Assembly: GCA_013265495.1 (NCBI GenBank)
Contig: MU058463.1
Span: 4,176,244-4,240,243, forward strand
DNA length: 64,000 bases
Direction of reading: 5' to 3'
Source: Vicugna vicugna
Taxonomy: Eukaryota
Position numbers and translations under genes: made by a program. Positions within the stretch are counted from its first letter, which is position 1, and each line of letters opens with the position of its first letter. This document shows, in pieces, positions 13,177-27,754 of this stretch. The notes under the pieces were generated by a model. It did no database searches and was not told where the DNA came from. It saw only the letters and a list, made by a program, of their open reading frames with translations.

Positions 13177-15017
13177 AGACCAAATGACATAGGACATAAT
13201 GAATACAGCACCTTAACTTTTAGCATATTATATTATGGTAAGTTTATTTCTTGTAGGTCTGATGTAATTCTACTATTTTGTGGCACAGAAATTTGATACC
13301 TTTATTGAGTATGTAAGGATTGTTTTTTGGAAGACCCATGGACCAGTTTTGGTCAGAAAACTGTTTCTTCAGCCTAATAGCAGTCAAATCTCAGAAAATT
13401 TAAAAAAGTGATTCAGATCTGAAAGTAATAACTAGTAATAAAGATTAAACATTTTACAGTCTGAAGGAAGCAAAATATATAGTGAGTACTAATAGGTTTT
13501 CTAAACTGTTATGTTCTCTATGCAGTTTTCAAAAATGTAAACTTCACATTTTACGGTCTTCAGTTATACATACACCTGTTATAAGGTGTTTAATATAGCT
13601 CAGGAAAGTGAGCATTTTGTGGGAAAAATGTAGGGTATACCATATTTAATGAAAAAGATTGATTGTTCTAAAATGTTACAAAGCTGTTTAAAGAGATATA
13701 TATAATTAATTGGAACACTTAAAGAAAGCTGATAAATGTCACATGGTGGTTATTATAGGAGGATACTGAACAGAGCCAAGATCAAATTAAAAGAAAATAC
13801 ATGGAAGGGAGGCAGTGTTTAGCTTTGTATAAACTTTTAGATTGCTCTATAATCTGCTAAACTATATCAGTTCTTTTCTGTGACATATTACTATGTATGT
13901 GGCACTTTGGGCATCATATGTAAAGTAAGGAATGCTTTACCAATTCTCCTTGGGTTCATCTTTGTTTAAACTAGTTTTGAAGTATTGTACAATAATTGAA
14001 ATGAGAAGTTTACCTATTTTAAAAAGCCAAATTGAAATAAAGGTAGAACTTTAAACTGTTCATAAATTGTTTTCATGAAAGAATATTAGTCTCCAGTGAA
14101 TTTTAGTGATGGGTCATTTTTACATTTTGGAATTACATAGTTATATAAGTAGAATTTTTAAAAATCATAAAAGGAGCACCAGTGTACAGTTCAGCATAAA
14201 TAGTAATTTTAAGAGTATATATTTAAGTTCATAATCATATTTTTGAGTAAATATTGCTCAGTGGACTGGAAAACTTTAATAGAAAAATGTCTGCAGTTTT
14301 ATGATAATTTGGTTAAACTGATATTTTATATTATTTAAGTTAGGTAGTATTTTTATTACTTTCATATGAATAAAGGTAATCCATACATTGTAGAATCTGT
14401 AAAAAAAAAACATTAAGTTTTGGGCCATATTTAGTTTTTAGATATTATATAAACTTTGATTCTTAGCACTAGTGCTGGCAGATATTAGCCTCCTAAGGGA
14501 GATAAGAAATAACGTACCCCCAGTGGAATATATTAACGCTGGAAACTTGGAAAGCAGTTTGGTAGATACAGAAGCTAAGAGTCTCATGGGTCTAATCTGT
14601 TTTTAAAAATAGATTACCTTCCTAAGAATAAAGTAAAATGTGATTTTCTACATAATTTATGTTTTCCAAAGTGATGGTATTCTGGCCACAAATATATAGA
14701 AAAAAGGCTGATCCAGATGTGGAAATCAAAAGCAATTATTGTAATATTCCTCCCTCTTACTGAATAGTAAAATGTTCTGCTTGTACAAGAAATACCTGTT
14801 TGTGGATGAAGCTTTTTTTTCCTGGAACAACTTTGGAAAATGGGTTGACAGTACATAATCAGTTCTACTAACCAAAGCTTTATTTGGAAATTTACTTTTT
14901 TGTACAAATTGAATTATATAATGCTTGAAATACTTTTAGTCACTTTATAAGCAAAATGCATAGCTCTTAATATGTTTATACTGTAAAGTATATGTTAAAT
15001 GCTTTTATCAATCTGAG

Positions 15018-15023
15018 AATAAA
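15018..15023 (+). terminator. FBXL3: Likely FBXL3 polyadenylation signal
   Basis: AATAAA after an AT-rich 3' UTR of about 1.8 kb, followed by GT/T-rich sequence. Confidence 0.6.
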
Positions 15024-16789
15024 GATGCCTACTACTGCTGTTGTATTACTAGTTTTTTAAAACTACCTAAACAAATGTACTTACCTGATTTTAAAACAGG
15101 TTCAACTTAATAAATTTTTGGTTTTAGTTTCAAATCCATATTTGATGGATATAATGTTTAATATTAAATAATATTTATGGTAGGATGGCTTTTTTAAGAT
15201 ACAAGATTAGGCATTTAGAATAAGAATTTATAAAACATTTTTTAGAAACAGAATTTTAGGGTCTTTGAACCCAGCTAGCCTTTTTAGAGAGTAATGTCTT
15301 TATATAAATCCATACATTCAGAATCGTTTTTAAACTATTGAAATTATTTTCATCTCCTGTCTTAATAGCGTCCATAAACAAACTTCGATTTACCTTGGTA
15401 ATCTGGTGTGTATTATTAGAGCTGTGCTTTACGTGGATAAGGCGTGGCCATCCGAGGCCCCGCCCATGCACGGAGGTGTTTTTACAGTATTTCCTGCCAG
15501 AAAAAATAGCTGTGACTGAAGATTAATTTACATTTATGGGAAAGCTTAGACTAGAATGGAGGGGTTGGTATGAAGAAGGTCCGGCCTGAACTAGGTCCTT
15601 TAATAAGCTGTAAGTAATCACTACGCCATACATAGCTGGGAACAGTCTGCACAAACTCCAGCTCTAGTTTAATTGTGGGTCTGGTATAAATGTTTCCAAG
15701 CAGCCAGAAAAATTTTACTTACTTGCTGATACCCAACTTTCCTTTAAAGAAGGACGTACATGATATATTTATTAAAAAAAAAAAAAGCCTTTTACTTCAA
15801 AGTGAATTAAGAGCTTATCCTTAGAATACTCAGTCCTGTAAAAGAATTTATGATTAACATCCTATCTTGTTTTAAATACGGGAGAGAAAATGTAGAGGGT
15901 CTGAGGGGCAGGGTGCTATTTGGACAGTAAAGGGTAAATATGAGGAAGATGTGGGAAACAGACTTCAGCCAACTCATTTGCCTTTGGCTGTGAATAGGGA
16001 AAAGCATGTGTGTGATTTTGAAACACTGCTCTTTCTATAACGTGCCAACAGTTTCTTGAAAAAAAAAAAAGTCATCTTCATAAAGGAAATACAGCCCCAG
16101 AAAATGCATTAAGTACTGCCAGAGCAATTATAAAACTGGATGAAACTAAGATCAAAATTTTTTTCTGATTTCTAATAAGGAGCCAGTATTGATTGAGGGT
16201 TCCAGATATTTAAAGTTTAATAGTTAATTTCCTGTACCTGCAAATGATGACACTTTGTGGGTACACTTACTAGTACGGGGCACCAGAATTAATGGGTGAG
16301 GATATATTTATTCTAAAGCTTTAGTATAATTCAAACATCAACAAAATGATTTCTCTTAGAGGAAATTACATACATTTACAAGTTAAATGAACAAAAATAG
16401 AAATCACAATTAAGTTACACAGTTGTTAAAGGGCAGCAAAATTTAATTGGCAGATTCCTGCCTGGCCATGTTTTGGTTTCCCAACTACCATTTTAAAAAA
16501 CTTGTTCTTGAATCATCTCTATTCCAAATCCCTACTTCATCTTGTAAGTACAGTTGACAGGTTTGATAAATTAAGTAGTAGTTACTTAAGTGAATGCTAT
16601 ACACTCTGTGTTACAGTCACTTGAGTTTATATGTTAACTTTCATAGAATTTCTTCATTTATTAATATTCTTAGGAATAGTGAAAAATTATGCTTTTTAAT
16701 GTCACTACTAGACTCTTGCTATAGTATGCAGGTTCCATGTACAGGTGTTCTCATTTGTCTTTGCTGTGGAACTGAATTCTGTGATTTAG

Positions 16790-16915
16790 TTTTTTTTAAT
16801 TGAAGTATAGTCAGTTTAAAATGTATCAATTTCTGATGTACAAGTCATACATGTACATCATATATTCCTTTTCATATTCTTTTTCATTATAGGCTACTTA
16901 CTACAAGATACTGAC
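16790..16915 (-). mobile_element. Short L1 3'-end fragment
   Basis: ttttttaattgaagtatagtcagtt... is the reverse complement of the L1 3' terminus. Confidence 0.65.
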
Positions 16916-17060
16916 TCTAGTCTGTGATTTGCAGTTAGCACAAAACTTGGCACAGGAGTTTTTGCTCATTACCCCAATGTACTTCTGGAAATCCAAAATA
17001 CTGTCTTTCCAGAACAATTTTCAAAAGAACCTTATAGAAGTTGGCACTGCCCAATTTTAG

Positions 17061-17073
17061 CCACTAGATGGTG
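17061..17073 (+). promoter_or_regulatory. CTCF-like motif
   Basis: CCACTAGATGGTG closely matches the CTCF core CCASYAGRKGGCR. Confidence 0.55.
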
Positions 17074-17144
17074 ATAATGAAAGATCCCAAGTCTTCCCGT
17101 GATCTATTCTGAAGACAACTAGCAGTCTGAAAGAGGCAAACGTA

Positions 17145-20100
17145 GACAGCAGTGCCAGACAGCAGAATTAAAGGACACATAGCTAACCCCCTCCCACAAG
17201 TACATCGAACATTCCATCTACAAATCCATCAATTCGCACAGAACACCTGCTGAACTTTGACAGAGTATCTCTTACTATGAAACACAAGAAGATTCTCACA
17301 AAAACCGGTATTAAAAAAGAAATCGGTGCGGGAGGGAGGGAGGGAGTGGCAGAAGAGGAAACGTGCCCTTACGCTGGTCAGCTGGAACACCAAGGGAGGT
17401 TCCGAGGCTCAGAGGAGAAAGCAGCAGCTGCTTGGCAGAAAGAACTGAGAAAAACCAGCATGGGGGTCCCTGCGCTCTCCAACCCTAAATACAAGCCGGC
17501 AGGGGTGGGCCGTGATGGGCTGGTGGAGCTGGGTGATGAGCCTGGGGAGAGAGCTGGGGCTGACTGCCCGGAGGCAGCCTCAGGGCAGGAGTGTGGGGTG
17601 GGCTATGTCTGGGAGCCTGTGCAGAAGAGAACACCTTGGACCTTGCACCCTCCTCTCCCAAAAGCAACTACTGGTGCATGTCAGGGAGGGGCACAACCAG
17701 CCAGGCCATAGCTGCTGTCTTCACTAGCCCAGAGCACAATGCCCTGCAGCATTGTTGAAAGCAGCATTGTCGGAAGGCACCTCCTCTAGAGAAGAGAGGT
17801 GGGGCTCGGTCATAGCCATCACAATCCTGGTTCTAGGCTCCCAGAGGGAGGGGCTGAAAGCTGAATCCATACCCAGGGGCCCAGTACTTCACTAAGGTTT
17901 AATTACCGTCCCAAGCAGAGGGGGTGGGTTTGCTCCTCTGGTGCTTTGTGGACCTGAGCCTCAAAGATGAACAAGCAATGAACAGAATGCTAGCACACAG
18001 CAGAGTCAGGCTTGGCATTAACAGCAGGCCGGGTATCTTACGTGGACACAGGGTGTGGTCCTGCCCTAACCCTGTGGCACACTACAGATCCAGTTGTGTG
18101 ACTGACCACTCACTGGCTGACAGAGGGGGTGGCTCACATTCCGACAGCTGAGGCAGGGACAAGGGCAGCATCAACAAAGAGTACCTTGTAAGCCCGCATA
18201 ACAAGTGACAGACACCACCAGAAGGTACTTCCTGGTGGGCGGCTCATGCAAGGAATACTCAGTAACTCTTCTTCCAGCTGAAGCACTCCAACCTGGCATA
18301 TGACATACTGCAGCTCAGAAACAGGTCTGGAAGCCTCCCAAAATAGGAGCACCCCAGTCCCTGCCAGGGCTGTGACAACCACAGAACATAAAAGGAAGCT
18401 CTGCTCAACAACAACCAGGGCAGACTCTGGTCACTCACAACACCAATCACATCCCCAATCAAAGGGAAAATAGCCAACACACACAGACGAAAGACACGGC
18501 AACCATCCACAGTACAAACAGCCCTCATGAAAAAATTACTAGATAAGCAGAGTTTATAAAGGAACGCTGCCACCTCAAATCAAAAAAACAAAAACCTTTA
18601 AGACCACAGTAGCTAACTTATACTCCTAAATCCATAGAGTCAGAAAAAATAAGTAAAATGAAGCAGAGGAACCACTCCCAATTAAAAGAACAAGAGAAGT
18701 CCCCTAAAAGAACAATGAAATAGATCTCAACAGTCTACTAGATCATGAGTTCAAAAACGAGGTGATAAAAGCACTGATGGAAAAAGAGACTATTAAGAGA
18801 AATACAGAATACTATAAAAAGGAATTAGAAAATATGAAGAGGAGCCAATTAAAATCAGAAAAGTCAACTGCTGGGGTAAGAGCTGAGCTACAGGCAGTCA
18901 AGAGCAGACTAGATATTGCAGAGGAACAAGTAAGTGACTTAGAAGACAGAAAAACAGAAGTCACCCAATCAGAAAAGCAGACAGAAAAGCAAGTAAAAAC
19001 CAATGAAAGCAATAAAGGGACCTATGGGATAATATAAAGTGCGCCAATCTATGCATAATAGGGGTTTCAGAAGGACAAGAAAGAAAAAAGGAGACTGAAA
19101 AGGTATTTGAAGAAATCATGACTGGAAACTTCCCAAACCTAAAGAAGGAATCAGATACCCAAGTACAGGAAGCACAGAGGGTCCACAAGAAGAAACCAAA
19201 CAGACCTATACCAAGACATAATTAAGAGGGCCAAAGTTAAAGAAATTATTCTAAAAGCAGCAAGAGAAAAACAAAGAATTAGTTACAATGGAACATCCAT
19301 AAGGCTTTCAGCTGATTTCTCTACAAAAACACTCCTGGCCAGAAGGGAGTGGCAACATATATTCAGTCCTGAATGAGAAAAAGCTGCAACCTAACATACT
19401 ATCCAGCAAGACTATTCTTTACACTAGAAGGAGAGAGAAAGAATGTCACAGATAAGGGAAAAAAAAAAAAAGAATTCAGCAATACCAAACCTATTCTAAA
19501 AGAAATTGAAAGGTCTTCCCTAAATAGAAAACCAGGAAATTATAGAAATGACAAAACCATAACTGGAAATGCAATAACTACAGTGAGTTGCAAGAGAATA
19601 AACATGAAGGTATTAAAAAAAAAAGACATTAAAATCATAAAAGGTGGGAGAGAGGAGCAGGAAGATATACTTTTTTTTCCCTCTTTTTCCCCTTCATTCT
19701 TCTTAGGATGTGTCTGAGCCTATATAACTACCAGTCTAAAGCAAACAGATATAGTAGTTTGTATATAACATACTTGAAAAACAGGGTAACTACAAATCAA
19801 AAACATACAATAGAGTCATAAAAACCAAAAAGAAACCAAGCCAATACAAAAGAAAATGATCAAACCACTAAAAGAAAAGCAAAAGGAATAAAAAGAAACA
19901 AAGAAGAAACATCAAATCAACTGGAAAATAAAGTTTAAAATGGCAATAAACACATATTTATCAATAATTACCATAAATGTCAATGGACAAAATGCTTTCA
20001 TCAAAAGATACAGACTGGTAGACTGAATAATAAAACAAGGGCCTACCATCTGCTGCCTACAAGGACCCACTTTAGGGTGAAAGACACACATAGATTGAAA

Positions 20101-22099
20101 GTGAGAGGATGGAAAAAGATATTTCATGCAAATGGAAATGATAGGAAAGTGAAGTAGCAATACTCGTATCAGACAAAACAGACTTTAATAGAAAGGCTGT
20201 AAAATAGAAGAAAGACACTATATAATGATTAAAGGAGCAGTACAAGAGGATATTACACTTGTAAATATATATGCACCCATTATGGGAGCACCTAAATACA
20301 TAAAACAAAAACCAACAGACATAAATGGAGAAACTGATGGGAAATACTGGGAGACTTGAACAACCCACTAACATCATTAGACAGATCTTCCAGACAGAAA
20401 GTCAGTAAGACAATGGAGATACGAAATGACACAACAGAGCAGTTGGACTTGGTTGATATATTTAGGACATATCCACAAAAAAACATATCAATGGAATTGA
20501 TGGAACAGAACAGAGAGCCCAGAAATAAATGCAGACTTTTGGTCAATTAATCTTCAACAAAGGAGGCAAGAATATATATAATGGAGTAAAGACAGTCTCT
20601 TCAGCAAATGGTGTTGGGAAAACTGGACAGCTGAATATAAATCAGTGAAGTTAGAACACTCCCTCACACCATACACAGAAATAAACTCAAAATGGCTTAA
20701 AGACTTAAACATAAGACATTATAGGGGGAGGGTATAGAGGATATAGTTCAAGTGGAAGTGTGTATGCTTAGCATACACAAGGTCCTGGGTTCAATCCCCA
20801 CTACATTCTCTAAAAAATAAATAAATGAGTAAACCTAATTAACACCCTACCAACCAAAAAAAACAAAACAAAAATGACAAGACACTATAAATCTTCTAGA
20901 AAACAGGCAAAACATTTTCTGACATAAATCTTGGCAATGTTCTCCTAGGACAGTCTATCCAGGCAATAGAAATAAAAGCAAAAATAAACAAATAGGACCT
21001 AATTAAACTTATAAGCTCTTGCACAGCAAAGGAAACTATAAGCAAAATAAAAGACAACCTATGCAATGAGAGAAAATAATTGCAAAAGATGAGACTGACA
21101 AGGGCTTAATTTCCAGACAGCTCACACAACTTAATAAAACAAACAAACAAACAAAAAACCCAACCCCAAAATGGGCAGAAGACCTAAACAAGCAATCCTC
21201 CAGTGAAGACATACAAATGGCCAACAGGCATATGAAAAAAATGCTCAATATCACTATCAGAGAAATGCAAATCAAAACTACAATGAGGTATCACCTCACA
21301 CCAGTCAGAATGGCCATCATTCAAAAGTCCACAAACGACAAATGCTGGAGAGGATGTAGAGGAAAGGGAACCCTCCTACACTGTTGGTGGGAATGCAGTT
21401 TGGTGCAGCCATTATGGAAAACAGTCTGGAGAATCCTCAAAAAACTAAGAGTAGACTTATCATATGATCCATCAATCCCACTCCTGGGCATACATCTAGA
21501 GGGAACTTTAATTTGAAAAGATATATGCACCCCCATGCTCATAGCAGCACTACTTACAACAGCCAAGACAGGGAAACAACCGAAATGTCCACTGACAGGA
21601 CTGGATAAAACTGTGGTATATTTATACAATGGAATTACTACTGAGCCATAAACAAGAATAAAATGTCATTTACAGCAACATGGATGGATCTGGAGATGGT
21701 CATTCCAAGTGAAGTAAGCCAAAAAGAGAAAGGAAAATACTCATCACTCATATATCACTCATACATGGAATCTAAGAAACAACAAAAAAAGACACTGATG
21801 AACTTATCTATAAAACAGAAGTAGACTCAGACATAGTAAACAAAGTTATGGTTACCAGGGGCCAAGCAGTGGGAAGGGATAAATTGGGAGTTCAAGATTT
21901 GCAGATATTAACTCCCATATATAACACAGAAAAAACAAATTTCTTCTGTATAGCACAGGGAACTATATTCAATATCTTGTAGTAACCTATAATGGAAAAG
22001 AATATGAAAATGAATATATGTATGTATATGTATGACTGAAACATGCTGTGCACCAGAAATTGACACATCATAACTGACTATATTTTAATTAAAAAAAAA
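17145..22099 (+). mobile_element. L1 element A: 5' UTR, decayed ORF1, EN start and ORF2 C-terminus; RT deleted
   Basis: ORF1 coiled-coil remnants at about 18650-19530; ORF2 EN start MAINTYLSIITINVNG near 19940; jump near 20480 to post-RT sequence; poly(A) at 22091-22102; TSD AAAGAGGCAAACGTA (17130-17144) vs AAAGAAGCAAACATA (22100-22114). Confidence 0.9.
20724..20878 (+). mobile_element. Camelid tRNA-derived SINE nested in L1 A
   Basis: gggggagggtatag...gcttagcatacacaaggtcctgggttcaatcccc plus A-rich tail; TSD AAGACATTATA (20713-20723) and AAGACACTATA (20879-20889). Confidence 0.85.
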
Positions 22100-23922
22100 A
22101 AAGAAGCAAACATAATCAGGTATGTTCAGCCACTATTCACATGAGTAGGTAGGCCAGTGGGTAGGCAGTGGAAGCAAGTTGTCCCTACATCTGAGAGTCA
22201 AGACAGTCTCTGTGCAGCAGGCGTAAGGGTGTAGTGCTTTCTCAAGCTATCTGTGGTAAAGGGCTGTGTTATTTTCAGCATTTTAGTGCGTATCGTTTTC
22301 AAAAAGACAATAAAAATGAATTCCTAAATGAAATAAAAACAAAGACATACAAAATACAAGCCTCAATTTTTTTTTGTTAGATTCAACAGAAACAAAATTG
22401 CTCCAGTAAGCTGCTTTAAAAGCTTCAAGATGCTTTCCCATCCATATCGGCACTTGTATCCTCAGACCCCTAATGTGGTGTTAGTAAAATGTGGCTCAGG
22501 CGCTGGTCTAAGGACCGCACTTTGAGTAGCATTAGAAAAAACTGCTTTGTTGTCAGTGAGCAGAATCTGGTCCAAAATATGGCTGCATTAGCACTAGCTA
22601 GGGAGCTGTAAAAAGGTTCTGTGACCTTTCTAACCCTCAGTTTACTCATCTGAATCAGGTGAGTATCTATGCTTAGGCCTTTCATGAGAACTCACTGTAC
22701 CAACCTCACAGGAAGCCCACTGAATAACAGTCAGTATATTTACATATTAAATACAGACTGTTTTCTCTGATTGCTCCATCATTTTACAGACCTGTATGTT
22801 TTTTCCATGAATAGAAACAACGTGTTCAGTTGATCATCAAAACTTAAAGGACCCTGAAACCTTGATTGATTGGCCCTATTGGAAGCGCAGCTACTTGGAG
22901 ATCTTGACAAAAACCTGCCCTCCCTCTGGGAAGTGACCCTGTTTCACCGCTGGCAGCCTTAGTGGGCGGCGGGAGGCCTGCGAGAAGCAGTGAAGGGGTG
23001 AGAGGTGCCTGTTCACCCAGCTGTGTCTGCAGTGGATACTTCCGAGTCCTGTGTGTTTGAAGAACTGCAGAAGCACTTAAGTGGCCAACTCAAAAGTCTA
23101 GGTGATTATTACAAAGCCAGGAAAGGCTGGCACGTAAACCACATTAGGCAAGATCAAGGATGGCAATCTGTTCTTTGATTAATTGTTACAGCTGCCATTT
23201 ACTGTGACCTTACTAGGCCGAATTATACACGGCTTCAATCCTTACAACAATCCTGACATATTAATCACTTTAGAGATAAAGGAACTAAGGTTCAGAGATG
23301 TTAAACTGCTTAAATCACAACATGCCAGTTACCAACCAGGTCTAAAATGCCAGCCGGAAACCTGTGCTCTTTATCACTGTTTTTATCACATCTGAAAGCA
23401 CAACCACTTCAGCTACTGTGTCTAAATTACTTTTTAAGGTTAACTGAGTGGAAGAAAATCAAACTACCAGACCTGGTTCCAAAAGTTACAAAGGCTATAA
23501 AATCAATAAAAATTACTAAAACATACCTAAGTGAAAAAGCGTAACTACTATACCAGAAAAGAGTAGCTCCCACCATGAGAATGTCACTGAGGGTATTTCT
23601 AAAGTTTTGGCACATCATATCCACATTTTTAAATTTCTGAGTCAAAAGACCCTATGTATCTCATATGAATTGTAATTCTCCATATTAACAAAGGCTTGGA
23701 GATTGAAGTCAAGATCAAGATCACCTAACGGGCTCACTTTGGCCAACGCAGCAAGTTTTTAGCTTCTTTCCAAAAAAATTCCTGAGATATTATTATGCAG
23801 CACTGTGCCATTGTGCATTTTACATTTCTTCCTCAAGAAAGGAAGGTCTAAGAAATCCACATATGTAGAACTACTCCCTGAAAAACTGATGAGCTAGTAG
23901 AAAAAAAAATAGAATTAAGATT

Positions 23923-24434
23923 TTATAAACCAGAGAGTGTCTTGTTTCTGTTTGGTAAAGGGATTTCTTCATATGTTATTTTAATAAAAGGGAATTTCAT
24001 GGGTAAAAACCAATATTCAAAATTATAAAACAAATAGAACTGTCTGTGTATAACCACTGTATCAAACATTTGCAAGAAACTCAACAGAAATTCTTTAGTT
24101 GTCAAATGTGGTTTGAAGGGATAATAAAATCTTTTTATGGCTAAGGCAAGAGTCTTGTCTCCCGCTGGCCCAAAAATAGATGTTTCATTTCCCAAATAAG
24201 CAGGCTCTCCACTGTAAAGAAATATTCTTGTATAGTTGGTTTCTATCTTCTTGAACTCTGCTCCAAGTTCAGCCAACTTCTTATATGTCCTTAACACAAA
24301 TTTGGAACAGTCGTAGGATTCAAACCATGTCTCTGCGCCTTTTTCTGGGCTGGCTTGGACAGTCCATGTCTCATAATAAATCCCTGTTTCATTGTCTTGT
24401 TTTACCCACTTTGCCATTTTGTTAAACACGTTTC
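23923..24434 (-). CDS. CLN5: CLN5 exon 4
   Basis: ctag|GAAAC acceptor; [23 protein letters not shown]...YDCSKFV...[16 protein letters not shown]. Confidence 0.96.
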
Positions 24435-25795
24435 CTAGTTAAAAGAAAAAAAATCACTACGTGAACATTGAAGCTAATCATGCCAGTTTTAAGTAAAATG
24501 TTCTAACCAGATTTAGGTTATGACTCCATGAATAAACAATAGTTTCTGAGTTTTCAAACCTGCATCTCACAATAAGAATCCAAGCTCAGCCAATTTTTGT
24601 TCCATTTTTCAAGACACAAGGTATTTCTAAACTGTAAACATTATATACAATAGGTGTATAAAGGTAAGTCTGACATACTAATTCTATAGTCACTTAAGTT
24701 ACAGTCAAAAGCAAAATTATACACATGCAGAAGCCCTCCTTCTCTACCCAACTCAACACATTTTGGATTCAGAGGCAAAAGAGAAAAGAAAGCAAGGGAG
24801 AAATTGTGGAAGAGGAAAGAGTGAATGGGGCACAGTCTAAGAACTGAGGAGGGGGCAGCGCAAAGCTTCTCTGTCACAGAGCATGGTGTGTGTACAGTAC
24901 GAACAGCTGCCTCGGGAACTTGACAAGGAAGCACTGTACCCCCATCCACCCTGAATACTTGGAACCTCCTTTTTCTCCCTGTACTGCAGCTGTTGGCATT
25001 CTGCTTACAACCTTCCTGCCCACCACACAGATTTTTCCATGGTTTTGGTTTTGGCCACGTTCATGGATTATACAGACTGGAGGATGGCTAACACTCTCTC
25101 CTACCACCTGGTACCAGACAAGAAATCTCTCCAAATGTTAACAAAACACTGAACCCTGCATGGTTACAACCACATCTGGCCCCAAAAGAGCTTGGCCCCA
25201 ACGTTTCACTTTGTCACTGTGTGTGAACCTTTCTTAGGTTACTGCAACTTGAGTCCATAAAAACAAGTCCTACAGAATGGAGTGGCTGCCTTTATCAGTC
25301 TTATGGTATTAAAATTGTGGAATAATATATATCCTGTTGTCTTAGAATGGGGGATACTGTTCTTAAGAGTTCTTCAGCTTTGAAAAGCCACTGCTGTAAT
25401 GAAGAGGTAAGAATACTCCAAAACACTATTTTGTAACATGAAAAGAGGTCAATGAGCAGGATTAATCACAAGGCACATGGATGACGTAAAAGATTTAAGT
25501 ACTGGCGTATCACAAACTCTTTTACAAAAAAAGGGATCACTTGTTCGTATGATCATACTTTGATGTTAGAAGGAAGAATGTGCAGCTAATGAGGTAGGTG
25601 GAAATGGAGAAAGGAGAGATGTGAACTGGCCTCAAATAAAAGGATAGCTATTATACTGAGCATTATTAAAAAAAAAGACAGGCTTTTATATTGCTGGGAT
25701 GGTTTGGGGCACATAAATTAGAAAACAAGATCAGAAAACAGCATGATGTATATGGTTAAAAGATTTCCAGATTACATTTCAAAGACACCAATTCT

Positions 25796-26683
25796 GCAAA
25801 TCAAAACCACAATGAGGTATTATCTTACACCTGTCAGAATGGCTATTACCAAAAAGACAACAAATCACAAGTGTTGGCCAGGGCGTGGAGAAAAGGGAAC
25901 CCTTGTGCACTGTTGGTGGGAATGTAAATTGGTACAGCCACTATGGAAAACCATATGAAGGTTCCTCAAAGAAATTAAGAACAGAACAACCATATGATCC
26001 AGCAATTCCACTTCTGGATATTTACCCAAAGAAAATAAATATACTAATTTGAAAACATATATTCACCACAATGTTCGTAGCACCATTATTTATAATAGTC
26101 AAGATATGGAAGCAACCTAAGTGTCCACTGATAGATGAATGGATAAAGATGTGGTGTATATATATGCACACACACATCCCGACACATATACGCATATGAT
26201 GGACAATTACTCATTTAAAAAAAATGAAATCTTGCCATCTGCAACAACATGAACCTAGAGGGTATTATGCTTAGTGAAGAAAGCAAGACAAAGAAAGGCA
26301 AATTACTGTATGATTTCATTATATGTGGAATCTAAAAAATAAAGCAAATGAACCAACAAAACAGAAAACAGACCCATAGGCACAGAGAACAAACTGGTGG
26401 TTAAGAGGGAAGTGGGGGTGGGCAAAATAGGTGAAGGGGATTAAGAGTTATAAACTTCCAGTTATAAAGTAATTAAGTTGTGAGGATGTAATGCAAAGCA
26501 CAGGGAATATAGTCAATAATATTGTAATAACCTTGTAAGGTGACAGATGGTTACTAAACTTATCATGGTGATCAATTTGTTATGTATATAAATGCTGAAT
26601 GTTGTACATCTAAAACTAATATAATATTGTATGTCAACTATACTTCAATTAAAAAAAAAAGAAAAAGGAAAAAAATTAAAATG
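25796..26683 (+). mobile_element. 5'-truncated L1 in CLN5 intron 3 (antisense to the gene)
   Basis: [19 protein letters not shown]2 C-terminus, 3' UTR and A-tail; perfect 14-bp TSD AAGACACCAATTCT at 25782-25795 and 26684-26697. Confidence 0.92.
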
Positions 26684-26934
26684 AAGACACCAATTCTATT
26701 CCTGGCTCTACATTTAGCTGTGACCTTAAGAGACAGGAAAGTCACACCGTCTGGAAAGCCTCAAGTCCTTATTTGTTAAAGGAAGAAGGGTACCTTATCC
26801 TACCCCACTGAACTGTGAGCTGACGTATTCTGAAATGTATTGTAAAGAGCTATACAAGTGCAAAGCATGATAATTTCCTCAAGTCTTATGGTTGAAGGGC
26901 CTCAAATGCATAAGATCATGTATGTTTTGGGACG

Positions 26935-27170
26935 CAATGCAGTGAAGTGGTTAAGAAAATGGTCAATAAGGCTTGGCTGCAAGAGTTGGAGTCCCACTTA
27001 GCTGTGTGCCTCTTACCTCACTGTGCCTTGAGTTCCCCAAAATGGGGAAAAACATAGTAATTTGGTGCTGGGGGGAGGTTTGTTGTGATGATAAATGATG
27101 TGATTTATGTAAAAGCACCCAGAACACTGCCAGGCCCAGAGTCAGTTCAAATGAGTGGTAGCTATTATTA
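26935..27170 (-). mobile_element. MIR SINE relic
   Basis: gtgaagtggttaaga...ctcactgtgccttgagttcccc...gtaaaagcacccagaacactgcc MIR pattern. Confidence 0.55.
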
Positions 27171-27528
27171 TTTCTTGACATAAAAACATTTTGATTCGCC
27201 ATCACTAAAAGCCTTTTTACAGATACAATTAACAGGCCCCTTAATCAATTCAAGCATTTTATGGATTTCCCTCTATTGTTTTACTCAGAAATAAATAAAA
27301 CCGTTTTTTATCATTTCATTTATTTTTTACCATGAGAATGAAGAAGTTATAGATAAGGTGAAGTTCTGAATGAGTAATAATGTGGGTCAAAGGTTAGTGA
27401 ACTTCAGAAGTACATTTTGTAAGTTGACCTCTAAAAGTAGAGCATTACTGAAATGCCTCAATGAAACTAATGTCTACCATTTGGGTATCGATGCAATCAC
27501 CAGATACTGCCGTATCTTTGAAACTCAC

Positions 27529-27754
27529 CTGATACGGTTGCTACCAGAACTAACGTCCCATTTTCCTTCCAGTGAATATCATCAATTCCTTCAAAAAAGC
27601 AGGCAGCTCCTTGATTACACCAGAAAGGGGCGTTCATTTCAGGTCGGAGATGGGGAAATGTGCAGTTTCCGAGTTGGAAAAGCTCATACCATTCCATTGT
27701 GTAGTTCTTGCCAGTTGAAGTGCTCCTGAACCCAACGGCATCATGCATGATTTT
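27529..27754 (-). CDS. CLN5: CLN5 exon 3
   Basis: acag|[91 protein letters not shown]; 226 nt. Confidence 0.96.
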
